From the NCBI GenBank assembly GCA_964617815.1, contig CAZTXY010000001.1, forward strand, positions 128-64,127: a stretch of DNA of 64,000 nt, in the 5' to 3' direction. Below are positions 47,964-58,349 of the stretch, in pieces (position 1 is the first letter of the stretch; every line of letters starts with the position of its first letter). The translations under genes were made by a program, and so were the position numbers. Under the pieces are notes generated by a model, which saw only the letters and a list, made by a program, of their open reading frames with translations, did no database searches and was not told where the DNA came from. Source of the DNA: an uncultured Candidatus Saccharibacteria bacterium. GTDB taxonomy: Bacteria > Patescibacteriota > Doudnabacteria > UBA920.

Positions 47964-49370
47964 TTAATTTAAGTTCTCTGTTTGGCTTAATTTTCCGAAA
48001 ACTACAAGGCGACGGGCAGTAGTATTTAGTGGCCAGCAAGTTGAGAGAGCCACGACTGAATCTGCGGTGCTGGCGAACTGAGCTTGGTCATTGGCTTTGT
48101 ACTCACCACGGCGAGTAACCACATAATTATAACGAACTTGTTTGCCGTTTTTCAAAATTACTGTAACAGAGAAGGAAGAACCATCTGCTAGATTGCCAAG
48201 CTTGCTAAAGACTGTTTTGTACTTATTATTACTCCAAGCATAACCACTGCTGTGTCCAGAAATATAGGCAGTACCGACTTGTCCTGGAAGAGAAGTGCCA
48301 GGATAATGCGCAACACCTTGGCTTAAGTCTTTGTCAAAACTTGCTACGTTCTTTGTCCATACAACTGGCACTGTAACGTTTAAGGATGGGATATTCAGGC
48401 TTCCAAAACTATTTAAATTTATATCAGTACTTGTAACGCCGGTGACTGGAGCAGTGGAACGAGTCTGCCCATTTGTTGATGGTTGAGTTTGTGTGGTCTG
48501 AGATGGTGACTGTTCTGTAGTGATGCCTGCAACACTTCCCGACTCTGAACTAAAACCTTGGCTACCTCTGAAGTCTGTACTGTTTGAAGTTTGCTCAATA
48601 ACTGAAGGTGTACTGATACTACCCAGAGCGATACGGTTAGAGATAACTTCTAGATCAAAATAATTATCAACCAAGTCTTTACGGTTACCGACAAATGGCT
48701 GGAGTGTTACCGGGTCGATGCCTTCAACGACAAGCTGGCCGTCTGCAGTACCATTTCCACTTGTGCTATATTCTTTTGGATTGAGGTTCAATAAATACTT
48801 TTGAAAGTTTGATAGTCCATTCTGTGAATTATCAGCTTCGGGATCAATAACTGAATTATCACTAACATCAAAGTAGAACTGAGAAATCCAAGCACTATAA
48901 TTTTTTGATTGAGCCTTTATCAACTCTTCCATAGCAGATGCCTTTTTGGTATTGCTGGAACTAGAAATAGAAACGCGGTTCTTCAAAAAATTATTTAGTG
49001 AAAAGTCGTTAAAATAATAATTATAGAGGAATATTCCGATAGCGAAGACTAAGACGTATGGCCCAACCATGCGCACAAATGGAGGAATGCGTGGTTTTGT
49101 AGCTTTGGCCACATCAGCCTCTAAAGCAGAGTCAATTTCCACGACAGTCTTGTTTGGCTCTGGGAATGTTTCTGGAGTTTCAATTTCTTCAGTGCTAACA
49201 TCAAAAGGCTGATTGCTTTCTACAGCAACAGCATCAATAACTGGCAACTGACCTGGAAAATGACTTGGTACTTCCTTCAGACCAGCGTTCAGTTGTGTTC
49301 CTGTACCGAACCCCAATAAATCAGCTACGCTGTCGGTTGCAGGAGGATAAATTTTGCTAGATTCGGCCAT
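47964..49370 (-). CDS. Sortase-domain membrane protein
   Basis: TM, S/T linker, IPSLNV, HYPGT..PG..G, SGHSS, LSTCWP, RLVV; start MAESS at 49370. Confidence 0.9.
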   Translation of the reverse strand: MAESSKIYPPATDSVADLLGFGTGTQLNAGLKEVPSHFPGQLPVIDAVAVESNQPFDVSTEEIETPETFPEPNKTVVEIDSALEADVAKATKPRIPPFVRMVGPYVLVFAIGIFLYNYYFNDFSLNNFLKNRVSISSSSNTKKASAMEELIKAQSKNYSAWISQFYFDVSDNSVIDPEADNSQNGLSNFQKYLLNLNPKEYSTSGNGTADGQLVVEGIDPVTLQPFVGNRKDLVDNYFDLEVISNRIALGSISTPSVIEQTSNSTDFRGSQGFSSESGSVAGITTEQSPSQTTQTQPSTNGQTRSTAPVTGVTSTDINLNSFGSLNIPSLNVTVPVVWTKNVASFDKDLSQGVAHYPGTSLPGQVGTAYISGHSSGYAWSNNKYKTVFSKLGNLADGSSFSVTVILKNGKQVRYNYVVTRRGEYKANDQAQFASTADSVVALSTCWPLNTTARRLVVFGKLSQTENLN

Positions 49371-49566
49371 AAAACTAGGTTTATTTGTTAATAGATTATA
49401 ATACCACAATTTTGGGTTTTTGTCAATAGTATTCAGTCCACAATTTTTTGTCTAAAATCGCCTGTTTATATAGTGATTCAAGCTATTTAGAAGTTTTAGG
49501 CCTTTTGACAAAGTGGTCCCCCACTTGTACCATAAATGTACGACTAATGCTTTAGAAATACAAATT

Positions 49567-50580
49567 ATGTCTCAAAATATTTTAATTACTGGAGGAGCTG
49601 GATTTATTGGTAGTAATTTTGTACATTATTGGACTAAAAATTACCCAGAAGACAAAATTACAGTATTTGACGCTCTAACTTATGCTGGCAATCTTGAGAA
49701 CCTGGAATCCATAAAAGATAAAATTACTTTTGTTAAAGGAGATATTACAAATGATGCTGATGTTAACGCCGCAGTTGCAGGACAAGACGTTGTTGTGCAT
49801 TTTGCAGCCGAAAGTCATAACGACCGAGCGATTTTAGACCCAGATATTTTTATTAAAACTAATGTAGCTGGCACACACGCACTACTCCGCGCCAGCCGTA
49901 AACACAACATCAAACGTTTTCATCATATCTCGACAGATGAAGTTTTTGGCCACATTGAATTGTCATCAAATGATAAATGGACGGAGGACTCCCCTTACGC
50001 ACCACGTAGCCCTTATTCAGCCAGCAAAGCCGGCAGTGACCATATTGTTCGAGCATACTTTCACACTTTTGGTTTACCAATAACCATTACAAACTGCACC
50101 AACAATTTTGGCCCGTACATGTTTCCAGAAAAACTAATGCCACTTGCCATTACTAACGCTTTGGAAGATAAAAAAATTCCTGTGTATGGTCAAGGCGATC
50201 AGATTCGCGACTGGCTTTATGTTAACGATCATTGTCGCGCTATAGATCTAGTACTGAGCAAGGGCATGGTTGGCGAAACTTATTTAGTTGGTAGTCAGCA
50301 CCGCGAGTATACAAATTTAGAGATTATCAAAATTATTTTAAAACTGCTGGGTAAAGATGAAAGCCTCATTGAATTTGTGGCAGACCGCCCAGGCCATGAT
50401 GCTAAATACGCTATAGACGCTAGTAAAATTAGTCGTGAACTTGGTTGGCAACCAGAACATAATGTTGAGGACTGGCTAGAGGTTATGGTCAATTGGTATA
50501 AAGACAACGAAGCTTGGTGGAAAAAAGTTAAAAGCGGTGAATATCAAAAATATTACGAACAAAACTATTTAAATCGTTAA
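49567..50580 (+). CDS. rfbB: dTDP-glucose 4,6-dehydratase
   Basis: TGGAGFIGSN, LTYAGN, HFAAESH, STDEV, PYSASKA, DRPGHD. Confidence 0.97.
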   Translation: MSQNILITGGAGFIGSNFVHYWTKNYPEDKITVFDALTYAGNLENLESIKDKITFVKGDITNDADVNAAVAGQDVVVHFAAESHNDRAILDPDIFIKTNVAGTHALLRASRKHNIKRFHHISTDEVFGHIELSSNDKWTEDSPYAPRSPYSASKAGSDHIVRAYFHTFGLPITITNCTNNFGPYMFPEKLMPLAITNALEDKKIPVYGQGDQIRDWLYVNDHCRAIDLVLSKGMVGETYLVGSQHREYTNLEIIKIILKLLGKDESLIEFVADRPGHDAKYAIDASKISRELGWQPEHNVEDWLEVMVNWYKDNEAWWKKVKSGEYQKYYEQNYLNR

Positions 50581-50581
50581 C

Positions 50582-51208
50582 ATGAACATTCCATCAATTA
50601 ATTTTATAAGTCTCGACAATTACAAGGATCAAAAACTTATCGACGGCGTCGTAATACATCCCCTCATCCGTGCACGCCGTGGTGAGGTTGATCCCCGTGG
50701 TTATTTGGTAGAAATGTTTCGCAGTGACTGGTCCGATATGCAATACGACAATATCCAACCAGCAATGACCTATAGTTCTTTTACATATAAAGGTATAGCT
50801 CGAGATGAAGACCAATGGCATGTCCATCCTCATGAAAACACAGAGGGGGGTATTGAACAGTACGATCGATGGGCTTTTATTGGCAAGGCTATTGCAGTCA
50901 TAGCCGATCCAAAAACACATGAACTAAATTTATTTAAAATTGGTACTGGGTGGGGAAATCAAGGATTCTATACATTACTCATCCCACCTCATAAGTATCA
51001 TGGTTTCCTCTCTGCTGGTGGAGTAACTGATGACGAAAACAAGGAAGGAGTATGGATACTTAACTGGCCAAACCATTTATACGATTACGGCAATCCTGGA
51101 CTCATTGAAGGTCGAGTCCCTTATGCGGGGTCGCAGATTCTTTTGCCAGATAACGCAGAATTTAATTGGAACTCTGTTCGTTCAGAATTAGGACTTTCCA
51201 TATCATGA
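50582..51208 (+). CDS. Divergent dTDP-4-dehydrorhamnose 3,5-epimerase-like cupin
   Basis: IDGV, DPRGYLVE, WHVH, IPP..YHGF; position between rfbB and rfbD. Confidence 0.7.
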   Translation: MNIPSINFISLDNYKDQKLIDGVVIHPLIRARRGEVDPRGYLVEMFRSDWSDMQYDNIQPAMTYSSFTYKGIARDEDQWHVHPHENTEGGIEQYDRWAFIGKAIAVIADPKTHELNLFKIGTGWGNQGFYTLLIPPHKYHGFLSAGGVTDDENKEGVWILNWPNHLYDYGNPGLIEGRVPYAGSQILLPDNAEFNWNSVRSELGLSIS

Positions 51209-52041
51209 AAAAAATCTTAATTCTTGGAAAAAATGGCAACTTAGGCAGTGAGCTGATGAACCTCTACTCCGGTGAAGGTGTTACTGGCTGGGACAGAAAT
51301 GATATCGATGTAACGAGTCAAGAAATGGTTACAAAAAAAATTACAGCTCTACATCCAGATATTGTTTTTAATTGCACAGCCTATAACAATGTAGATGGCG
51401 CAGAAGAAGATTTTACCGCTGCTAAACAAGTCAACGGTGACGCACCAGGTTTTCTGGCCACAGCCTGCAAAAATATAAATGCTGTACTTATACACTTTAG
51501 CTCTGGGCAAATTTTCGCCGGGGATAATCCTCACGGCAACAACGAAGACGATACACCACTGCCGGTTAATGCTTACGGACAGTCAAAGCTTATTGGGGAA
51601 AAATTCGTGCAAGAGAAAACCGAAGCCTACTATATTATCCGCACCGAATGGCTTTACGGCAAAGGCTCTGGCAAAAAAAGTTTTATTGACATCATGCTAG
51701 AGAAAGCAACTGAGGGCAAACCCATGCAAGGCGTAGATGATGAAATTGGCAAACCCACTTGGGCTCAGGACTTAGCAGAGTTTAGCCGAATGATTGTTGA
51801 ACAAAAACATCCTTATGGGATATACCATGGGATTAATGAAGGGCAAGCTTCCAGACATGACTGGGCCCAAGAAATATTTAAAATCAAGGAATTAAATCCG
51901 CAACTCTCGGCCGTCTCTAGCTCAACTTTTCCTCCTCGCAAAGCCAAACGTCCAAAATATGAACTGCTAAATAATACAAAGCTCATTAAAATGCGTCCAT
52001 GGCAAGAAGCATTGGCCGAATATCTAACTACTAATAACTAA
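51205..52041 (+). CDS. rfbD: dTDP-4-dehydrorhamnose reductase
   Basis: GKNGNLG, AYNNVD.AE, YGQSK, IRTEWLY, RP. Confidence 0.93.
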   Translation: MKKILILGKNGNLGSELMNLYSGEGVTGWDRNDIDVTSQEMVTKKITALHPDIVFNCTAYNNVDGAEEDFTAAKQVNGDAPGFLATACKNINAVLIHFSSGQIFAGDNPHGNNEDDTPLPVNAYGQSKLIGEKFVQEKTEAYYIIRTEWLYGKGSGKKSFIDIMLEKATEGKPMQGVDDEIGKPTWAQDLAEFSRMIVEQKHPYGIYHGINEGQASRHDWAQEIFKIKELNPQLSAVSSSTFPPRKAKRPKYELLNNTKLIKMRPWQEALAEYLTTNN

Positions 52042-52058
52042 TTACTTATACAAATTTT

Positions 52059-52784
52059 ATGAAAGGTATTATCCTCTCCGGCGGCGCAGGTACGCGACTC
52101 ATGCCACTAACAAAAGTCACCAGCAAACAACTCTTACCTATCTATAATAAACCAATGGTGTTTTATCCTTTGGAAAAATTATTGCAGGCCGGGATTAAGG
52201 AAATTCTAATTATTGTAGCTCCTGACCACTGCGGAGACTATATGAAAGTTTTGGGAAGCGGCAAAGAATTTGGCGAAGGAGTTCGCTTTACTTATGAAAT
52301 TCAAGACAAGCCATTGGGTTTAGCCCATGCCTATATTATGGCCGAAAATTTTCTTGATGATGGCGAGAGCTCAGCTATGATTTTGGGTGATAACATGTTT
52401 GACGCGGATTTTTCCGAAGCCATCCAAAATTTTAAAAGTGGGGGCAAAGTCTTTGCTAAAGAAGTTCCGGATCCAGAACGGTTTGGAGTAGTGAAATTCG
52501 ACCAACAACAAAAAGCTGTGGAGATTATTGAAAAGCCAAAAACTTTTCTCTCAAACCACGCGCTCACTGGCATGTATATTTTTGACAACCGAGTTGTAGA
52601 AATTGCGAAAAACGTAAAACCTTCAGACCGTGGTGAAATTGAGATTACAGAAATAATGAACTGGTACTTACAAAAAGAAGAGCTTGATGTAGAAATTATA
52701 AATGGCCAATGGATAGACGCTGGCACATTTGAAAGCTACTACAAAGCTAATCAGTGGGCTTACGAAAAATCTCAAAAAGAATAA
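52059..52784 (+). CDS. rfbA: Glucose-1-phosphate thymidylyltransferase (short form)
   Basis: GGAGTRL.PLT...SKQLLPIY.KPM, LGDN, EKP, RGE.EIT, WIDAGT. Confidence 0.95.
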   Translation: MKGIILSGGAGTRLMPLTKVTSKQLLPIYNKPMVFYPLEKLLQAGIKEILIIVAPDHCGDYMKVLGSGKEFGEGVRFTYEIQDKPLGLAHAYIMAENFLDDGESSAMILGDNMFDADFSEAIQNFKSGGKVFAKEVPDPERFGVVKFDQQQKAVEIIEKPKTFLSNHALTGMYIFDNRVVEIAKNVKPSDRGEIEITEIMNWYLQKEELDVEIINGQWIDAGTFESYYKANQWAYEKSQKE

Positions 52785-52804
52785 CTTGCCTTAAGTTTAA
52801 CTAC

Positions 52805-52945
52805 TTAATACTGTGTTCGTTGCAACACAGAAGGATAAGCTGCATCAGATTCTACTCCGTGAAGACGTGGCCCAAACACAGCCAATAGCGATAAGAAAAG
52901 TGCGACTAATGCTATTATCCATAATAACAATTGTTTTTGTTTCAT
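52805..52945 (-). CDS. Putative 46-aa small membrane protein
   Basis: Manual translation MKQKQLLLWIIALVALFLSLLAVFGPRLHGVESDAAYPSVLQRTQY; fills an otherwise empty gap. Confidence 0.5.
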   Translation of the reverse strand: MKQKQLLLWIIALVALFLSLLAVFGPRLHGVESDAAYPSVLQRTQY

Positions 52946-53052
52946 AATTTTTTTGATTATCTAATCTATCATAAGCATACTAACAACAAAGAAAAAGGCA
53001 AGCGAGTTATCCACAAAAGGCTGTTTTCGCAACTTGAATCAAAATTTAGACA

Positions 53053-53089
53053 AAAAAAATCCCCCAGCTAAAAGCTCGGGGGATTTTTT
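53053..53089 (-). terminator. Terminator after rplU
   Basis: aaaaaaatcccc.agct/agct.ggggattttttt. Confidence 0.8.
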
Positions 53090-53394
53090 TAGATTTTTGT
53101 AATTTCTATTTCAGTGTAATGTTGTCTGTGACCAGCACTTCTGCGATACTTACTTTTAGCTTTATACTTCAAGATGTGAATCTTCCTATCACGACCCTGC
53201 TTAGTAACTTTAGCCTCAACAACAACACCGGAAACATAAGGCTTACCAACATTGTAAGTCTTGTCATCACCAGTAAATAAAACTTTATCAAACTTTAAGT
53301 CACTACCAACTTCTGCTTCCAATTTTTCAATTTGAAGACTGTCTCCTTTAGCAACAAGGTATTGCTTGCCACCTGTTTCAATAATTGCGTACAT
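53089..53394 (-). CDS. rplU: 50S ribosomal protein L21
   Basis: MYAIIETGGKQY, GHRQ.YT. Confidence 0.98.
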   Translation of the reverse strand: MYAIIETGGKQYLVAKGDSLQIEKLEAEVGSDLKFDKVLFTGDDKTYNVGKPYVSGVVVEAKVTKQGRDRKIHILKYKAKSKYRRSAGHRQHYTEIEITKI

Positions 53395-53467
53395 GATTTT
53401 AATCAGAAATTAAGAATTTATAGGAAAGTTTTTAACCTTCGTAGTATACCAAAACTACCCAAAAAAA

Positions 53468-54520
53468 TCAAGTGTTCACCTTTGAGCTAGATTTTCGACT
53501 CACCGCGGTGATTAGCAAAATCATTATAATAATTAAGGCTAATAGCGCGATGGCTTTTCCAAAAGTTTGAGAAAAAATAGCAATTAAGCCAAAAAGGACT
53601 GAAACGCCGTACAAAATAAGAACAGTCTGCCTTTGAGAAAACCCTCGATCAAGAAATCTAAAGTGTAAATGCAGACGATCTCCTCGAAAAACACTTCGAC
53701 GTTGCCACAAGCGCTGAAGCAAAACCCAAGCCACATCGAGGATAGGAATACCCATAACTAAAAGTGCTGTGGCAATTTTCCCGCCTAAAATTATGGACAA
53801 AACGCCTAGCAAAAATCCAACTAACAGACTTCCGCCATCTCCCAAAAAAATTGAGGCTGGATGAAAAGCATAGACCAAATAGCCTGCTAAACTGGCAGCT
53901 AAAATAATTGAAATTGCAGCGGTCATGGGTTGGTTAATGTGTGGCAAAAGTGACAGCGCAAATAAAGTTAAGCTGGCAATAGTTCCAATACCACTTACTA
54001 AACCATCGATGCCGTCAAGAAATTTTGTTGTAAACATCATTCCCATCATCCACAACCACACAAAAACTGCAGATGCAGGAATTCCAATAATTAAAAACTT
54101 CAAGCTAATTGCATCCCCAAATGGATTACCAATCTCAGTAATACCTACGCCAACCCCGGCACTAACCATAATCAAAGCGCTAATAGCTGGAAACAACCAC
54201 AAAACTTTTGGTGGTAAATTATAACGATCATCTAAATATCCCTCTACCATTAAAAGAGCCCCGCCTGCTAGCATGGCCAGAAAAAACTTAAACGGTATCA
54301 CCGCATAATTTATATCCCCATAAATTAAATAAAGAGCAACGCTAATTCCAAATGACAAAAATACCGCAAGTCCTCCGAGCTTAGCTGTGGGTCGTGAATG
54401 TAAATTGCGTGGAGGCCTCGGGATATCGACGCACCCCAACCTAAAAGCTAATTTTCGAACCAATGGAGTTAAAATAAGCGACAAAGCAAAAGCTAAACCA
54501 CTTAAAATTAGGTAGTGCAT
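53468..54520 (-). CDS. WecA/TagO-like polyprenyl-phosphate sugar-1-phosphate transferase
   Basis: GYLDD, DGIDGL, PASIFLGDGG, DRLHLH. Confidence 0.9.
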   Translation of the reverse strand: MHYLILSGLAFALSLILTPLVRKLAFRLGCVDIPRPPRNLHSRPTAKLGGLAVFLSFGISVALYLIYGDINYAVIPFKFFLAMLAGGALLMVEGYLDDRYNLPPKVLWLFPAISALIMVSAGVGVGITEIGNPFGDAISLKFLIIGIPASAVFVWLWMMGMMFTTKFLDGIDGLVSGIGTIASLTLFALSLLPHINQPMTAAISIILAASLAGYLVYAFHPASIFLGDGGSLLVGFLLGVLSIILGGKIATALLVMGIPILDVAWVLLQRLWQRRSVFRGDRLHLHFRFLDRGFSQRQTVLILYGVSVLFGLIAIFSQTFGKAIALLALIIIMILLITAVSRKSSSKVNT

Positions 54521-54523
54521 AAA

Positions 54524-56197
54524 TTATAAATTATTTGGCTTAGTCGTAACGTCTTGCATTTCTTGCATGTGCAAACCAGTGTTCTCACCCTTACGGGCTT
54601 TGGGAGTAACCCAAAATTCTAAATATCTTCCAAACATTAAACGCGTTTGAGCTTCAATAGCAGGCAGGCTCCCAAAAATAACTGAAGTTGCCGGAACCAA
54701 AAACCACTGTAAGTACATCATAATACTGCTCATTTTACCATATTTTTTAGGGCGTGGGGGTAATAAAATCAAATTAATATAAACACTAAAAACTAAAAAG
54801 AAAGTGGCTATTGTCATTAAAGCTTTCGTCGTTTTTGGTAAATTATATGCTACGACCGACTCAGTAAATTGGGTTCCCCCAATGAATAATGGCAACCACC
54901 CGAGCAAAGAAATTAATATACTTGCGGTAGCCCAATTAAAATTTCCTTCAATGTATTGATATAACTTATACATCCTATCCCAAAAGGGTGCCGGACTTCG
55001 AAGTAACGCAGGAACCAAATGTGGATAATATTCAACATTATAAGCCCAGCGTTTCTTTTGTGAATACTGATTCTTCATGGTTTTCCAAATAGTTGTGTCT
55101 AAACAAGTATCTAATGATACCGGGATAAACAACGGGACAACTTCATAATCGCCTTTGTAATGCAAATAGCACTGCCAAAAAATAAAGCCATCTTCATTTA
55201 CGATATCCTTTTTCCAAAATCCTACATCGACTAATGCTTGCAAGGTCATGCTATGTGCAGCAAAAGTGCGCAGCCTATCTGGCCGCGAACTTTCAGTAAA
55301 TTGCCAAAAAGAATTAGACACAGACACGACACGAATGAATGCAGGGCTGTCCCAAATATTATTATTGTAGATGGCAATTGGCTGATAACTTTTTTGATAC
55401 GGCTTTTCCGCGGTTAAAAACTCATACAAGACTCGAGCAAAATACTGCGGATGAACTATAGTGTCACTATCTAAATTTGACACAATAACTTGAGGGATTT
55501 GTATGCCTAACTCTTTTATCTTTGGTAAAAGACTTTGCATGGCAAAACTAGCATTTGAGCTCTTGCCTTTTATCTCACCTTCCAACCCATCTGGATGAAC
55601 TGTCACAAAAAATGCATAGAAGTCTTTGGCGTATTTTTCTCTAACTTGTTCTGCAGTCTCGCTAGCAGGTTTTCCAGCCCGTTCTTCGCTAGCCATTACT
55701 ACTATCATCCGTTCTTTTGGATACCGCGAGGTTTTAATAGCAGATAAGGTGCTATCTAAAACTTCAAAGCTTTCATTAACAAACGGAATGATGACAACTT
55801 GATAAAAATCTAAGTGGGAAGTTCCTAGTAATGTCTTGCCTTTGCCAGAGTTAAGTCTCAAGATTTCTTCTTGATAATATTTTTTTTCTAACTTTTTCTT
55901 TGTGCTAGGAATTTGAGCTTCCAAGAATTTAATAAATTCATCTGGGTGATTAAGCCTTTGCACAAAATCCATCCAATCAATGGTAACAAGCACGCGAAAC
56001 TTTCGGTAACTCCAAATTAAATGCATTGACACATTTAAAGCCTTAAGGACCCAATATAAATCAAAACAAATAATAAAAAGCGCAGCCCACACCGGTTTAT
56101 AGTAGGAAGCAGCAATGGCACCAAAAAAAACAAGCCAAAACTGTAAGCCTGGCAATATTTCCCAAAAACGATCTGCTGGAGTGCGTTTACGAAACAT
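54524..56197 (-). CDS. Membrane-integrated GT2-like glycosyltransferase
   Basis: GKSSN, LDSD, NED, Q.KRW motif, flanking TMs. Confidence 0.85.
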   Translation of the reverse strand: MFRKRTPADRFWEILPGLQFWLVFFGAIAASYYKPVWAALFIICFDLYWVLKALNVSMHLIWSYRKFRVLVTIDWMDFVQRLNHPDEFIKFLEAQIPSTKKKLEKKYYQEEILRLNSGKGKTLLGTSHLDFYQVVIIPFVNESFEVLDSTLSAIKTSRYPKERMIVVMASEERAGKPASETAEQVREKYAKDFYAFFVTVHPDGLEGEIKGKSSNASFAMQSLLPKIKELGIQIPQVIVSNLDSDTIVHPQYFARVLYEFLTAEKPYQKSYQPIAIYNNNIWDSPAFIRVVSVSNSFWQFTESSRPDRLRTFAAHSMTLQALVDVGFWKKDIVNEDGFIFWQCYLHYKGDYEVVPLFIPVSLDTCLDTTIWKTMKNQYSQKKRWAYNVEYYPHLVPALLRSPAPFWDRMYKLYQYIEGNFNWATASILISLLGWLPLFIGGTQFTESVVAYNLPKTTKALMTIATFFLVFSVYINLILLPPRPKKYGKMSSIMMYLQWFLVPATSVIFGSLPAIEAQTRLMFGRYLEFWVTPKARKGENTGLHMQEMQDVTTKPNNL

Positions 56198-56199
56198 AT

Positions 56200-56565
56200 T
56201 TAGTTAACTTGAAACAAAAATATTACTGAAAGAAAAATAATTAGCGAAACTAACAAACTAATCCAAGCTGCCATATACGATAAAAAGTTTCGATCTATCT
56301 TTAAGGCTCGAGTGATTCCAAAATTCAAAGTAGCAATAAAAAAACTAATTAGTGGGAGTTTATATAACTCGCGGTAGGAGCCAAAAGTGTCTACTCCAAA
56401 GACAACGTTATAGTGAAGAGCTAAGTTATTTTGAGCAGGGCTAATTTTGAAGTAGATTAACAATAATGTTATAATAGAAACAATAATCGAAGCGACCCAC
56501 AGAAACAAAATCTTGTTTGTAGCCCAAGCGGAAAATAGCTTAATTCGAATAGACATAACATTCAT
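56200..56565 (-). CDS. Hypothetical membrane protein
   Basis: Three TMs, LHYNV.FGVD..G motif. Confidence 0.7.
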   Translation of the reverse strand: MNVMSIRIKLFSAWATNKILFLWVASIIVSIITLLLIYFKISPAQNNLALHYNVVFGVDTFGSYRELYKLPLISFFIATLNFGITRALKIDRNFLSYMAAWISLLVSLIIFLSVIFLFQVN

Positions 56566-56646
56566 ATTGCCTCCTTATTATAACAAATTACCATTAAACA
56601 CGATAGGTGCTCCAAATTAGAATCTTTAACCAAAACCAAATAGCCA

Positions 56647-58332
56647 ATGAATAAAAAAACAGCTTTTTTACTTGCCGGAATAATTATTTTAGCCATATTC
56701 TTTAGATTCTATCAAATTGCTGTTCTACCTGGCGGGCTTTTTCCGGATGAAGCGGCCAACGGCTTAGATATCAACTCAATGCAACAGGGTGATCTCCAGC
56801 CTTTTTATGAACGTGGCAACGGAAGAGAAGCCTTATTTTTTTACATGCTCTGGGGTAGCGTAGAAAGTTTTGGCAAAGGACCATGGCAACATCATGTTGT
56901 ATCAAGCTTTGTAGGACTACTTTCTGTTATTCTTTGTTTCTTTGTAACTAGAAAATTACTTGGTCTCGCTACTGGTTTTACTGAAAAACATGCAACAATG
57001 GCCGCTTTATTAGCGTCTTTTTTTATGGCCACGTCAACTTGGCATACAACTCTCTCACGTACAGCTTTTCGAGCCAATCTTATTCCTCTTTTTACTACCG
57101 CTACTATCTATTTACTACTTCTTGCGTATAAATCAAGTACAAAAGTTAAACAATATATCTTTTCAATTCTAGCTGGGGCGTGCTTTGCCCTTGGCTTTTA
57201 TAGTTATATCGCCTACCGAATTATGGCGCCACTTCTAATTTTGATTATTTTATGGCCACTGCTTGCCGAAATTTTCAAAACTAAATCCTTTTTAATTATA
57301 AAAAAATGGTTTTTAGCTTTCGTGCTATTTTGTATTGCTTTTGCAATAGCCATTGCTCCACTAGCCCATTATTTTTACACTCATCCTGGCTCTTTTGTCG
57401 GACGTAGTGGTCAAGTTAGCGTCTTTAATCCAGAATTAAACAATGGAAATCTCATCGGTACAATTGGTGAAGTCACCAAGCAAAGCCTGTTAGGATTTGT
57501 AACTGTGGGTGACTTAAACTGGCGTCATAATATTTCAGGAATGCCTTTTTTAAGCCCACTTTACTCCGTATTTTTTGTGCTTGGTTTAGTTAGCATGACT
57601 CTTTTAGCAGCACGCTATACCTTTGCTCCACGTAAACGCTCTGGGGACTGGCCGTATTTTGTACTTGCTGGATGGTTTTGGTCCATGCTTATTCCTGTTA
57701 TTACAACTGCCGAAGGTATCCCGCATGGCCTACGAAGCATTGGCGCAATCCCTGTCGTATTTATAATGTCAAGCTGGGGCTTAGTCCAAATCTATAAATT
57801 TGCAGCCAAATTAATTGAATTTCGCCACACAATGCAAAAAGACTGGCAATTAAACTTAGTAAAAAATGCGGCTAAAGTTATGGTTGTAGTTTTTATAATT
57901 GCGGTGACTTTGCATGGATACACTAGCTATTTTGTTTATGCAGCAAACAGCCCTGAAAATTACTACGCTTTTCGCTCAGACCTCACTGTTGTCAGTAACT
58001 ATATCAATAATAAGTTTGATAACAGTAACGCAAACGGCAAAAAAGACAACACCTTTTTAGTACTTGATAAATTTTCAGTCCAAACTGTTGACTACCTTAC
58101 AAGCTTAGATGGTAAGCATCCACAAAACCCCATTAATCAACCTTACACTCAAGTTGATCCTGAAGATTCTTGGAAACTTTCAGGACTTAAAGGCGGCGAC
58201 CAAATTATTTTCTGCCAATCTAGCATATTCGATATTCCTAAATTTAAAAATTTTCATCCTAACGCAAAATTAGAACGAGAAGCTCGTAATAAATTTGGCC
58301 AAACAGTAATGGCTATATATAGAATCTACTAA
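56647..58332 (+). CDS. GT-C (ArnT/PMT-like) glycosyltransferase
   Basis: FRFY...PGG.F.DEA, LSR.AFR, YSY.AYR, PH.LR, many TMs. Confidence 0.85.
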   Translation: MNKKTAFLLAGIIILAIFFRFYQIAVLPGGLFPDEAANGLDINSMQQGDLQPFYERGNGREALFFYMLWGSVESFGKGPWQHHVVSSFVGLLSVILCFFVTRKLLGLATGFTEKHATMAALLASFFMATSTWHTTLSRTAFRANLIPLFTTATIYLLLLAYKSSTKVKQYIFSILAGACFALGFYSYIAYRIMAPLLILIILWPLLAEIFKTKSFLIIKKWFLAFVLFCIAFAIAIAPLAHYFYTHPGSFVGRSGQVSVFNPELNNGNLIGTIGEVTKQSLLGFVTVGDLNWRHNISGMPFLSPLYSVFFVLGLVSMTLLAARYTFAPRKRSGDWPYFVLAGWFWSMLIPVITTAEGIPHGLRSIGAIPVVFIMSSWGLVQIYKFAAKLIEFRHTMQKDWQLNLVKNAAKVMVVVFIIAVTLHGYTSYFVYAANSPENYYAFRSDLTVVSNYINNKFDNSNANGKKDNTFLVLDKFSVQTVDYLTSLDGKHPQNPINQPYTQVDPEDSWKLSGLKGGDQIIFCQSSIFDIPKFKNFHPNAKLEREARNKFGQTVMAIYRIY

Positions 58333-58349
58333 GCACTCAAACATAAACA

